Of a stretch of 35,284 bases of DNA, positions 19,705-29,576 are shown piece by piece. Position numbers and translations under genes: made by a program. Origin of the DNA: Cyanobacteriota bacterium (GTDB taxonomy: Bacteria > Cyanobacteriota > Cyanobacteriia > PCC-6307 > Cyanobiaceae); NCBI GenBank assembly GCA_041168785.1, contig JBEEKG010000020.1, positions 1-35,284 of the forward strand, in the 5' to 3' direction. Within the stretch, counting starts at the first letter, position 1, and every line of letters begins with the position of its first letter. The notes under the pieces are model-generated. The model was not told where the DNA came from and searched no databases. It saw only the letters and a program-made list of their open reading frames with translations.

Positions 19705-21287
19705 CCACCCGCGAACCCACGGAACAACCCGCCTGGCTGCAGGCCCTGGCCGCGGCCCTCGGCGAAGCGCTACCGCGGCTGCACGGCACCAGCCCCGATC
19801 CCCTGGTAGGGGAGCTGGTCGAAGCCCTGGCCGTGGCCCTGGCGGAGGGCCAGCTGGACATCCCGGTGCCCAGCACCCGCCATCGCCGGGCCCTGGCCGC
19901 ATCTCCCCTCTGTACCGAGCCCCATGGCCCCCTGGCCCTGGAGGGCGATCGGCTGCTGTGGCGCCGCTGGCAGCGCCAGCGGGAAGGGGTGCTGCAGGCC
20001 CTGATCGCCAGGGCCCAGCGGCGGCTGCAGCCCGCAGCGGAGGCCGCCCCCATCGACGGACTGGATGGGGACCAGCAACGGGCCGTGAGCGCGGTGCTGC
20101 GGTATGGACTGGTGCTGCTGGAAGGGGGGCCGGGCACGGGCAAGACCAGCACCGTGGCGCGCATGCTGGCGGCGGTGCAGGCCCAGCAACCGGGGAGCCG
20201 CATCCACCTGGCCGCCCCCACCGGCAAGGCCGCCGCCCGCCTGCGGGCCGCCCTGGCCAACGCCAACCTGCAACTGCCCTGCAGCACCCTGCACCGGCTG
20301 CTGGAGAGCCGGGGCGAACGGTTTGGCCGCAACCGCCACGTCCCCCTGGCCCTCGACCTGCTGGTGGTGGACGAGGTGTCCATGGTCGACCTGCCCTTGA
20401 TGGAGGCCCTGCTCGACGCCCTGCCCCAGGACTGCCGGCTGGTGCTGGTGGGCGACGCCGCCCAGCTAGCGCCGGTGGGGCCGGGACCCGTGCTGCTGGA
20501 CCTGCAGACCCCCGAGCGCCGCCAGGCCCTGGGGGACGCCGCCATCGCCCTGCGCACCACCTACCGCAACAACGGGGCCATCGCCGCCGTGGCCGCCGCC
20601 CTACGGGCAGGCGACGATCCCCTCGAACCCTGGCTGCCCTCCCTGCTGGAGCCGCTGCCAGCCGACGCCAACCTGCGCTGGCTGGAGGCCCCACCGCGCA
20701 GCCTGCCCTCGTCCCTGCTGGAGCGCCTGCGGCGGCACCAGGAGCGGCTGGCGCAGCGCTGCCGGGATTGCCCGCCGGACGATCCCGCCGCAACCGCCGC
20801 CCTGCTGGCCGAGCTCGAGGCCTGCCTGGTGCTCACTCCCCTGCGCCGCGGCCGCTGGGGGGTGGAGGCCATCCACCAGGTCCTCCTGGGGGAGGCCGCC
20901 ACCCGCTCGGCCCAGCACTGGCCCGTGGGCACCCCGGTGTTGTGCCGCCACAACCTGGTGGAGCTAGGGCTGGCCAATGGTGAGGTGGGCCTGGTGATGG
21001 AACGGCCGGGCCGTTCCTCCGGGGAGCGCCGACTGCTGTTCGGTGCTCCGGGACAAGCCGAACCGCTCTGGATCCATCCGGCCCAGCTCCCGGACGCGGA
21101 ACCGGCCCTGGCCCTCACCGTGCACAAGGCCCAGGGCAGTGAGGCCGATGAGGTGTGGGTGCTGATGCCCGACACAGGCCGGCCCCAGCGGCGCCTGCTC
21201 TACACGGCCCTCACCCGGGCCCGGCATCAGGCTCGGCTGATCACTCCCTTGCGTGCTCCGACCACGGGCGCCAGCCTGATGCCATGA
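19701..21287 (+). CDS. recD: Exodeoxyribonuclease V alpha subunit (5'-3' helicase)
   Basis: GGPGTGKT, AAPTGKAAARL, VVDEVSMVD, VGDAAQL, TVHKAQGSE and LLYTALTRA; ATG overlaps the recB stop (ATGA). Confidence 0.93.
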   Translation: MTTREPTEQPAWLQALAAALGEALPRLHGTSPDPLVGELVEALAVALAEGQLDIPVPSTRHRRALAASPLCTEPHGPLALEGDRLLWRRWQRQREGVLQALIARAQRRLQPAAEAAPIDGLDGDQQRAVSAVLRYGLVLLEGGPGTGKTSTVARMLAAVQAQQPGSRIHLAAPTGKAAARLRAALANANLQLPCSTLHRLLESRGERFGRNRHVPLALDLLVVDEVSMVDLPLMEALLDALPQDCRLVLVGDAAQLAPVGPGPVLLDLQTPERRQALGDAAIALRTTYRNNGAIAAVAAALRAGDDPLEPWLPSLLEPLPADANLRWLEAPPRSLPSSLLERLRRHQERLAQRCRDCPPDDPAATAALLAELEACLVLTPLRRGRWGVEAIHQVLLGEAATRSAQHWPVGTPVLCRHNLVELGLANGEVGLVMERPGRSSGERRLLFGAPGQAEPLWIHPAQLPDAEPALALTVHKAQGSEADEVWVLMPDTGRPQRRLLYTALTRARHQARLITPLRAPTTGASLMP

Positions 21288-21649
21288 CCCATCCCGAGCC
21301 CCCCAACCCCGATGGCCGGGTGGAACGTCCGTGGGGCTGGTTTGAAACCCTGGCCAGCGGCGACCACTACCAGGTGAAACGGCTGCTGATCCGCAGCGGC
21401 CAGCGCCTGAGCCTGCAGCGCCACCACCACCGCTGTGAGCACTGGGTGGTGGTGGCGGGCACGGGCGAGCTGCAGGTGTCCGAGGTCCTGACGGCTGCGG
21501 TAGCGGGCACCACGGTGTTCATTCCCCAGGGGGCGCTGCATCGGGCCCAGGGGGGCCGTGACGATCTCGAGATCGTCGAGGTGCAGCGCGGCGATTGGCT
21601 GAGCGAAACCGACATCGAGCGCCTGGCCGACGACTTTGGCAGGCTCTAA
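21284..21649 (+). CDS. Stand-alone cupin (type II phosphomannose isomerase C-terminal domain)
   Basis: ERPWGWF, LSLQRHHHRCEHWVVVAG, HR and EVQRGDWLSETDIERLADDFGR; ATGA overlap with recD. Confidence 0.88.
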   Translation: MTHPEPPNPDGRVERPWGWFETLASGDHYQVKRLLIRSGQRLSLQRHHHRCEHWVVVAGTGELQVSEVLTAAVAGTTVFIPQGALHRAQGGRDDLEIVEVQRGDWLSETDIERLADDFGRL

Positions 21650-21663
21650 GGCCCTTTCATCGC

Positions 21664-21683
21664 GAGTGATAAACTTTTCACTC
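21664..21683 (+). promoter_or_regulatory. Candidate extended -10 promoter (TGnTAAACT) inside the palindrome GAGTGA-N8-TCACTC, upstream of the DEAD-box helicase
   Basis: GAGTGA TAAACT TT TCACTC in an AT-richer intergenic patch. Confidence 0.5.
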
Positions 21684-21858
21684 AGCCTTTTTCAAGGGCA
21701 GGGCAGTTTTGTTAGGTGCAGGCGAGAGCCTCTGAAGTTCGGGACCGGCCACGCAGCGTCTAGCTGACCAGCCACAGCCCATCCCTTCAGCATTCTTGTC
21801 TCCATTGGGTTTCTGCCGGCCTGCGTTCAAGGACTTCAACCAGGCCAAATTGAATCCA

Positions 21859-23700
21859 GTGACCGAACTTTCCAACGGCGGCAGTTTCACCTGCTCCGTC
21901 GAAATCAACGCGCCCCTCGAAGCCACCTCTGAGCGCGAACCCCAGGCCGTTTCCGAAGCCACCCCGACTCCCGAACCCTCCGGCGCCCAGGGCTTTGCCC
22001 GCTTCGGCTTCGGGCCCGAGCTGCTGAAGGCCCTCGAGGCCATTGGCTACCAGGAACCCTCCCCGATCCAGAAAGCCGCCATCCCCGAGCTGATGCTGGG
22101 CCGCGACCTAGTGGGTCAGGCCCAGACCGGCACCGGCAAGACCGCAGCCTTCGCCCTGCCGATGCTGGCCGCCCTCGATCCCCAGGAGCGCAAGCCCCAG
22201 GTGCTGGTGCTGGCCCCAACCCGGGAACTGGCGCTGCAGGTGGCCGATGCCTTCAACAGCTATGCCACCCACCTGAGCGGAGTTCGCACCCTGGCGATCT
22301 ACGGCGGTGCCGATTTCCGCGACCAGATTCACCAGCTCAAACGCGGTGTTCAGATCGTGGTGGGTACTCCTGGCCGGGTGATGGACCACATGCGCCAGGG
22401 CACCCTCGACCTCTCCAACCTGCGGGCCCTGGTGCTCGACGAGGCCGATGAAATGCTGCGTATGGGCTTCATCGACGACGTCGAATGGGTGCTCGAGCAA
22501 CTCCCCCAACAGCGTCAAGTTGTGCTGTTCTCGGCCACCATGCCGGCCGAGATTCGGCGCATTTCCCAGAAATATCTCAACTCTCCAGCGGAGGTCACGA
22601 TCAAGCAGAAGGCCGCGGATGCCAGTCGCATCCGGCAGCGCTTCTTGATGGTGCACGCCCCCCACAAGCTGTCTGCCTTGGAGCGGGTGCTCGAAGCCGA
22701 GACCAGCGAAGGCGTCATCATCTTTGCCCGCACGAAGGCGATCACCATCACGGTGGCCGAATCCCTCGAGCAGCATGGCTATGACGTGGCCGTGCTCAAC
22801 GGCGACGTGCCCCAGGCCCAGCGGGAACGGACGATCGAACGGCTCAAGAGTGGCCAGGTGGACGTGCTGGTCGCCACCGACGTGGCAGCCCGAGGCCTCG
22901 ATGTGGACCGGATCGGCCTGGTGATCAATTACGACATCCCCTTCGATTCGGAGGCCTACGTGCACCGGATCGGCCGCACGGGGCGGGCGGGCCGCAGCGG
23001 CGACGCCATCCTGTTTCTCACCCCCAGGGAGCGCCGCTTCCTGGGCGGCCTCGAGCGGGCGGTGGGCAAACCAATCGAAGAGATGGACGTGCCCAGCAAC
23101 GCCACCATCAACCAGAACCGGCTTGACCGGATGCGCACCCGGCTCACCGGCTGCCTGCAGACCCCGGCCAGCAGTGAGCAGGAGCGGGCCCTGCTGAGCG
23201 AGATCCTGCAGCGGGTCGCCCAGGAACAGGGCTCGAGCCCAGACCAACTGGCCCTCGCCGCCCTGGAACTGAGCCTGGCGGGCAAACCGCTGCTGCTCCA
23301 GAGCGAGGAGAACTTCACCCAGGTGCGCCAGAACGGCCCTGGCCGCGACGGGGGACGCGATGGGGGCCGCGAGTTTGGCCGCGACCGGGGCCGGGGTCGC
23401 GAGATCGGCCGCGATTCGGATCGGGGTCCCCGGGGCGAGCGCCCCATGGGACCGCCGGAAGATCACATGGAGCGCTTCCGGGTGGAAGTGGGCTGGCGGG
23501 ACCGGATCAAGCCCGGCAACATCGTGGGTGCCATTGCCAACGAGGCCGGTCTGAACGGTCGCTCCATCGGCCGCATCCAGATCTTTGACACCCACAGCAC
23601 GGTGGACCTCCCCAAGGGCATGCCCGAAGAGGTTTTCCAAGGCCTGCGCCAACTGCGGGTGATGAACAAACCACTGCAGATCTCCCGTCTACAGGGGTAA
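21859..23700 (+). CDS. deaD: DEAD-box RNA helicase, DeaD/CsdA type with C-terminal DbpA RNA-binding domain
   Basis: Q motif, AQTGTGKT, PTRELA, TPGR, DEAD, SAT, ARGLD, HRIGRTGRAG and C-terminal KPGNIVGAIANE. Start uncertain (21796, 21850 or 21859). Confidence 0.93.
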   Translation: MTELSNGGSFTCSVEINAPLEATSEREPQAVSEATPTPEPSGAQGFARFGFGPELLKALEAIGYQEPSPIQKAAIPELMLGRDLVGQAQTGTGKTAAFALPMLAALDPQERKPQVLVLAPTRELALQVADAFNSYATHLSGVRTLAIYGGADFRDQIHQLKRGVQIVVGTPGRVMDHMRQGTLDLSNLRALVLDEADEMLRMGFIDDVEWVLEQLPQQRQVVLFSATMPAEIRRISQKYLNSPAEVTIKQKAADASRIRQRFLMVHAPHKLSALERVLEAETSEGVIIFARTKAITITVAESLEQHGYDVAVLNGDVPQAQRERTIERLKSGQVDVLVATDVAARGLDVDRIGLVINYDIPFDSEAYVHRIGRTGRAGRSGDAILFLTPRERRFLGGLERAVGKPIEEMDVPSNATINQNRLDRMRTRLTGCLQTPASSEQERALLSEILQRVAQEQGSSPDQLALAALELSLAGKPLLLQSEENFTQVRQNGPGRDGGRDGGREFGRDRGRGREIGRDSDRGPRGERPMGPPEDHMERFRVEVGWRDRIKPGNIVGAIANEAGLNGRSIGRIQIFDTHSTVDLPKGMPEEVFQGLRQLRVMNKPLQISRLQG

Positions 23701-23743
23701 ACCCCTCAGGGCAGCCCAACCGACCCACACCCGGCAGCCCACC

Positions 23744-24058
23744 ATGCGTCCCCGCTCCCTGCGATCCGCCCCCATCGGCCTGCTGCTGCTGGGTCTGATC
23801 GCCTGGGTGCCGGCGGGGCGCACCACGGGTGTGGCGGAGGTGGTGAAGGCCTTCTGCCTGTCGGCCTATCAAGCCGACCTGAAGAAACAGGGAAAGTCCC
23901 TGTCCCTGTCCCAGATCGACCGAACCTGCGGATGCGTGGGGGACCGGGTGGCCCAGGGCAGCGACGTGGAGGAGGCTCACGACGCCTGTGGGCGCCACTC
24001 GGACCAGCGCGCCGTGAGGGCTCCCTCACAGCCAACCAGTCCGGGGGCCCTGAACTAG
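23744..24058 (+). CDS. Small exported or membrane-anchored Cys-containing hypothetical protein
   Basis: Hydrophobic N-terminus and four Cys (FC...CGC...AC). Confidence 0.65.
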   Translation: MRPRSLRSAPIGLLLLGLIAWVPAGRTTGVAEVVKAFCLSAYQADLKKQGKSLSLSQIDRTCGCVGDRVAQGSDVEEAHDACGRHSDQRAVRAPSQPTSPGALN

Positions 24059-24255
24059 GCGCAGAGACGGGTCACCTCGACGAGGCTGAGGCTGGTGACC
24101 TCAGTGATCGACAGCCGTTCCACGGCCGCGATCAAGGAGCACTGCACGTCGGCGCATTCGCTGGTCACCAGGCTCTGCAGCAAGTCAAAGCGATCCTGGG
24201 GAGCCAGCTCGCCGTCCTCGCACCAGGCGAGGCTCCAGGGGACAGGTGCTGTCAT
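24055..24255 (-). CDS. Small hypothetical protein
   Basis: 66 aa (WSLAWCEDGELAPQDRFDLL...), host-like codons, convergent 4-bp stop overlap. Confidence 0.55.
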   Translation of the reverse strand: MTAPVPWSLAWCEDGELAPQDRFDLLQSLVTSECADVQCSLIAAVERLSITEVTSLSLVEVTRLCA

Positions 24256-24397
24256 CACGGAGTTCGCGGTTGATCAGGGTTTGCTGACAATGGGTCACTA
24301 TCGAGGATCGCGGAGCGGACTACAGGGTGTCTTCAGAACCGCTTCACGGTTCTCCACGAATCAAAGCTCCCTCCCGGAGCCCGGCACGGCAGCCGGG

Positions 24398-24403
24398 TAA
24401 TAT
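24398..24403 (+). promoter_or_regulatory. Candidate -10 element (TAATAT) for the RRM gene
   Basis: Near-consensus hexamer about 107 nt upstream of ATG 24511. Confidence 0.5.
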
Positions 24404-24510
24404 GGCCGAGATTCCAAGGCGTTCAGGCCCCTTCCGGCACCGTTGGCTCCCGCTGGCATGCCCAAGGTCCCGGAGCATCAACCGAATCAGTTCCAGGATT
24501 TGCTCCATTA

Positions 24511-24903
24511 ATGACCATCTACGTTGGCAACCTCTCGTTCCAAGCCGAACGGGAGGACCTGCTTGATCTCTTCGGCCAGTACGGAGAGGTGCGCCAGTGC
24601 AGCCTGCCCCTCGACCGGGAAACCGGCCGCAAGCGTGGCTTCGCCTTTGTTGAACTCGCCGATGACGCGGCGGAACAGAAAGCCATCGATGACCTCCAGG
24701 ACGTCGAGTGGATGGGCCGCATGATCCGCGTCAACAAGGCCACTCCCCGTGAGGGCGGTGGCGGTGGCGGTGGTGGTGGTGGCGGCCGCGGCGGCTACGG
24801 CGGCGGCGGCGGCAACCGTGGCGGCGGCGGCGGTGGCTACGGCGGCGGTGGTGGTGGTGGTGGCGGCTACGGCGGTGGCGGCGGCGGCGGTAATCGCTGG
24901 TGA
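24511..24903 (+). CDS. RRM RNA-binding protein (cyanobacterial Rbp) with Gly-rich tail
   Basis: RNP2 IYVGNL, RNP1 RGFAFV, WMGRMIRVNKATPRE, then a poly-Gly/RGG/YGG tail. Confidence 0.95.
   Translation: MTIYVGNLSFQAEREDLLDLFGQYGEVRQCSLPLDRETGRKRGFAFVELADDAAEQKAIDDLQDVEWMGRMIRVNKATPREGGGGGGGGGGGRGGYGGGGGNRGGGGGGYGGGGGGGGGYGGGGGGGNRW
24754..24891 (+). repeat. (GGC/GGT)n trinucleotide low-complexity tract encoding the Gly-rich tail
   Basis: Runs of GGC/GGT codons interrupted by CGC, TAC and AAC. Confidence 0.9.
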
Positions 24904-24936
24904 GTCCCTGGGCCTAGCCCTGGTGATCCAGTCATG

Positions 24937-24975
24937 AACCCCTGGTGGTGGAGCATTCCACGACCAGGGGTTTTG
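24937..24975 (+). terminator. Intrinsic terminator after the RRM gene, possibly bidirectional
   Basis: AACCCCTGGT-G-GTGGA-GCAT-TCCAC-G-ACCAGGGGTT followed by TTGTATT; lies between convergent genes. Confidence 0.75.
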
Positions 24976-25009
24976 TATTGGCAGGACACAAGGCCCGTGA
25001 TGACCAGCG

Positions 25010-25207
25010 CTAGCGATGCAGTTGCGACAGCTCCTGCTCCAATTCATCGCGTTGATCGTCTTGCCAGGTGCGCTGACGAAGGGCTGCGCCGGGCCGATCC
25101 AGGATGGGCTCGCCCTCGCGGGGCTCGGGCAAGCAGGCCTTCAGATGGCGGCGGCGCACCTTGGCCGTCCAGCGATGAAAGCGGCTGAACGCTCTGCTTT
25201 TCGTCAT
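25010..25207 (-). CDS. Small protein with basic N-terminus and acidic C-terminus
   Basis: 65 aa with ATG preceded by a GGAGG Shine-Dalgarno (CCTCC at 25212-25216 on the + strand). Confidence 0.7.
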   Translation of the reverse strand: MTKSRAFSRFHRWTAKVRRRHLKACLPEPREGEPILDRPGAALRQRTWQDDQRDELEQELSQLHR

Positions 25208-25284
25208 GGCACCTCCAGGGGAGATGCCTTCGGTCTACGCCTGCTGCACCTACCCCACCAGGGGAACGCCAAGATCTTCACCAA

Positions 25285-27108
<1,824 letters not shown>

Positions 27109-27137
27109 GGCCCTGATCGTGCAATAGCTTTTGGGGG

Positions 27138-28064
27138 ATGAACACCCCTCCGGCCAAGCGGCCCCGAAAGCGAGGTAACCGCAGCGCGGTGCTGCTGGCG
27201 ATCGGGGTTGGCCTGGGCGGTGGCCTGCTGCTGGCAAGCCCGCTCTCCCAACTGCTCAGCGACACGGCCTCGGGAACCAACACCGCGATCACCAACCCCT
27301 TCGCGGCCTGGAGTGGCATCACCAACCAGGACATCCTGCTGCTGGGCACCGATGTGGGCGGCGGCAACACCGATGTGATCGCCAGCCTGCGGGTGGATGG
27401 CGGCATCACCCGGATCACCCAGGTGCCCCGGGACACCTACATCGAGGCCGAGGGGTATGGCCCCCACAAGATCAACGCCCTCTACAGCCTGGGCGGCACC
27501 GACCTGCTCAAACGGGAACTGGCCCGCAAACTGGGCCGACCGATCACCCACCATGTGGTGGTGAACCTTTCGGCGATCCGGCGCATGGCCGATGCCCTGG
27601 GCGGCATTGAGGTGGACGTGCCCAAGCGGATGGCCTACTCCGACAACAGCCAGGGCCTCACCATCGATCTGCAACCGGGCCTGCAGAACCTGAAGGGACG
27701 GGACCTGGAGGGCTTCCTGCGCTTCCGCCACGACGAGATGGGCGACATCGGTCGGCTGGAGCGCCAACAGCTGGCCCTGCAGGCCCTGTTCCGCAAGCTC
27801 ACCCGACCCGAGCACCTGGTGCGGCTGCCCGTGCTGCTGGCCGCGGCGGGGAAAGACCTCAAAACCGATCTCGGCCCCATGGAGCTGGGCGGGCTGATCA
27901 CGGCCATGGGCACCACCCAGCTGGAAACCAAACGCCTCGGCGGCCGGCCCTTCTACCGCAACGACATCAGCTACTGGGAAGCCGACTGGCCCCAGCCCGT
28001 GCTGGATGGCTCGAGCAGCGAGGGAGACTCCGGCAACGAAGGGCGCTACCGCTTCCTGTTCTGA
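27138..28064 (+). CDS. LCP (LytR-CpsA-Psr) family protein
   Basis: N-terminal TM anchor, LLLGTD, PRDTY, KINALY and FLRFRHDEMGDIGRLERQQ. Confidence 0.9.
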   Translation: MNTPPAKRPRKRGNRSAVLLAIGVGLGGGLLLASPLSQLLSDTASGTNTAITNPFAAWSGITNQDILLLGTDVGGGNTDVIASLRVDGGITRITQVPRDTYIEAEGYGPHKINALYSLGGTDLLKRELARKLGRPITHHVVVNLSAIRRMADALGGIEVDVPKRMAYSDNSQGLTIDLQPGLQNLKGRDLEGFLRFRHDEMGDIGRLERQQLALQALFRKLTRPEHLVRLPVLLAAAGKDLKTDLGPMELGGLITAMGTTQLETKRLGGRPFYRNDISYWEADWPQPVLDGSSSEGDSGNEGRYRFLF

Positions 28065-28534
28065 TCCGCATCAGGATCGACGTTCGGACGGGTGCCGCCA
28101 TTGCTGCGTTGGGACAAGGTGATCAGGGCCAGCACCAGGGCCACACCAGCCAGCAGGGGGGTGGACGCCGCCACCGTGACGCCGAGGGCGGCGGTGAACC
28201 AAATCGAGGCGGCGCTGGTGAGACCACGCACCTCCGGCACGCCTGTTTTGTCGCCACTGGGGGGCACCAGGATCTCGCCGGCCCCCAGGAAGCCCACCCC
28301 AGTGGCCACTCCCTGAATCACCCGACTGCGGGCCTGGGGATCGGGGCCCGCCGCCAGCACCATCAGACAGGCACTGAGCCCCACCAGCACATGCACGCGC
28401 AGGCGATTGGGATGGCTGGTGTTGCCGTGGTGGGCGCGGTTGATGCCCACAGCCAACCCGCACAGCACCACGAGCCCGAGGCGCAGCAGGATCTGCAGAT
28501 CCAGGGTGAAGGGCAATGATCCGGGTCCAACCAC
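28046..28534 (-). CDS. MgtC/SapB family membrane protein (TM domain only)
   Basis: LRVHVLVG, SRVIQGVATGVGFLGAGEI and VRGLTSAASIWFTAALG. Start GTG 28534 or TTG 28516; the track's extension to 28948 is antisense to the next gene. Confidence 0.88.
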   Translation of the reverse strand: MVGPGSLPFTLDLQILLRLGLVVLCGLAVGINRAHHGNTSHPNRLRVHVLVGLSACLMVLAAGPDPQARSRVIQGVATGVGFLGAGEILVPPSGDKTGVPEVRGLTSAASIWFTAALGVTVAASTPLLAGVALVLALITLSQRSNGGTRPNVDPDADQNRKR

Positions 28535-28598
28535 CCCATCATCAATCGCCCTGGACGGGAACGCCAGAATCAACGCAAGGCTGTGATCCCACTCCCGC

Positions 28599-29576
28599 GT
28601 GCTGAGCACCCCCGCCCTGCGCGCTGCCCTCAAGATCGGCCTGGCCGCAGCCCTGGCCGGCGCCTGGGCGCTCAGCTTCCGCGACGTGCGCTTCATCTGG
28701 TATCCGCTGTTGGCGGTGGTGATGTGCATGGACGAGACCGACACCCGGGTGATGACCGCGGCCCGGGGCCGGGTGCTGGGCACGATCGGCGCTGGCGTGG
28801 TCAGTTTTCTGGTGCACACCCTGCTAGGGGGCTGGGTGGGGCTGACGGTGTCATTGCTGGTGGTCGTACCCCTGCTGCGGCTGATGCGCTGGCAGGCCGG
28901 CCTCGCCACGGGAATCGTGATGTGCTCGATGCTGTTTCTGGTGGCCAATTACGCCGAGCTCAATTGGCTCTATGTGGTGAACCGCACCGCCGACACCCTG
29001 GTGGGGGTGGCGGCCACCCTGCTGGTGAATGCCCTCTTCTGGCCCGTGAACCGGCTGGCGGAGATGGGCCAACTGGACCGGCAGCTGCGGGGTGTGCTGG
29101 GCCACCGTCTGGAGGCGATCCGCCGCCAGCTCAAGGATCCGACGGCCGGGGCATGGCAGGCCAGCCAGCCGATCGTGGGCAGTCGCCTCTGCCAGCAACT
29201 CAACCAGCTGGTAAACGACGAGTTGCGCAGCAACCCACGGGGCAGCGCCCAGCGGCAACACTGGCGCCAGCGCAGCCTGCTCTGGGAGCGGATCAACCAC
29301 CACAGCCTGCAGCTGCAGCGTCTCGGGCAGCTGCTGCCCCCGGGGGCCCTGGCCTCAGCCGCCACACCCTGGCTGGAACGGCTGCCGGCGCTGCTCGGTC
29401 CAAACCCGACGCCCGAGGTCCTAGGTCTGCCGAGACGGCAACGGCTCCCGGACCTCGCCCAGGCCCAGGGGCTCCCCCCCCTGCTGTTGCTGGCCCTCGA
29501 CGATGAGCTGCAACGGCTCACCCGCAGTGCCCGGAGCCTGGCCCTGGCCAGCCGAGGGAAGGGGGGCCCGCCATGA
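28599..29576 (+). CDS. FUSC/aromatic-acid-exporter-like membrane protein (1)
   Basis: LRAALKIGLA, RVLGTIGAG and RTADTLVG...LFWP TM domain followed by a cytoplasmic helical domain. Confidence 0.8.
   Translation: MLSTPALRAALKIGLAAALAGAWALSFRDVRFIWYPLLAVVMCMDETDTRVMTAARGRVLGTIGAGVVSFLVHTLLGGWVGLTVSLLVVVPLLRLMRWQAGLATGIVMCSMLFLVANYAELNWLYVVNRTADTLVGVAATLLVNALFWPVNRLAEMGQLDRQLRGVLGHRLEAIRRQLKDPTAGAWQASQPIVGSRLCQQLNQLVNDELRSNPRGSAQRQHWRQRSLLWERINHHSLQLQRLGQLLPPGALASAATPWLERLPALLGPNPTPEVLGLPRRQRLPDLAQAQGLPPLLLLALDDELQRLTRSARSLALASRGKGGPP

Noticed and set aside
1088-20370. Several GCTGGTGG (E. coli Chi) octamers, some within recC/recB/recD
   Set aside because: Mostly explained by frequent CTG-GTG (Leu-Val) codons. 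Chi is lineage-specific and enrichment cannot be shown here.
21664-21683. Palindrome as a CRP or NtcA site
   Set aside because: GTGA-N8-TCAC matches neither TGTGA-N6-TCACA nor GTA-N8-TAC; kept only as an unassigned palindrome.
24335-24353. GAAC...GTTC palindrome as a LexA box
   Set aside because: The spacing (N9) fits neither the Gram-positive GAAC-N4-GTTC nor the cyanobacterial GTAC-type box.
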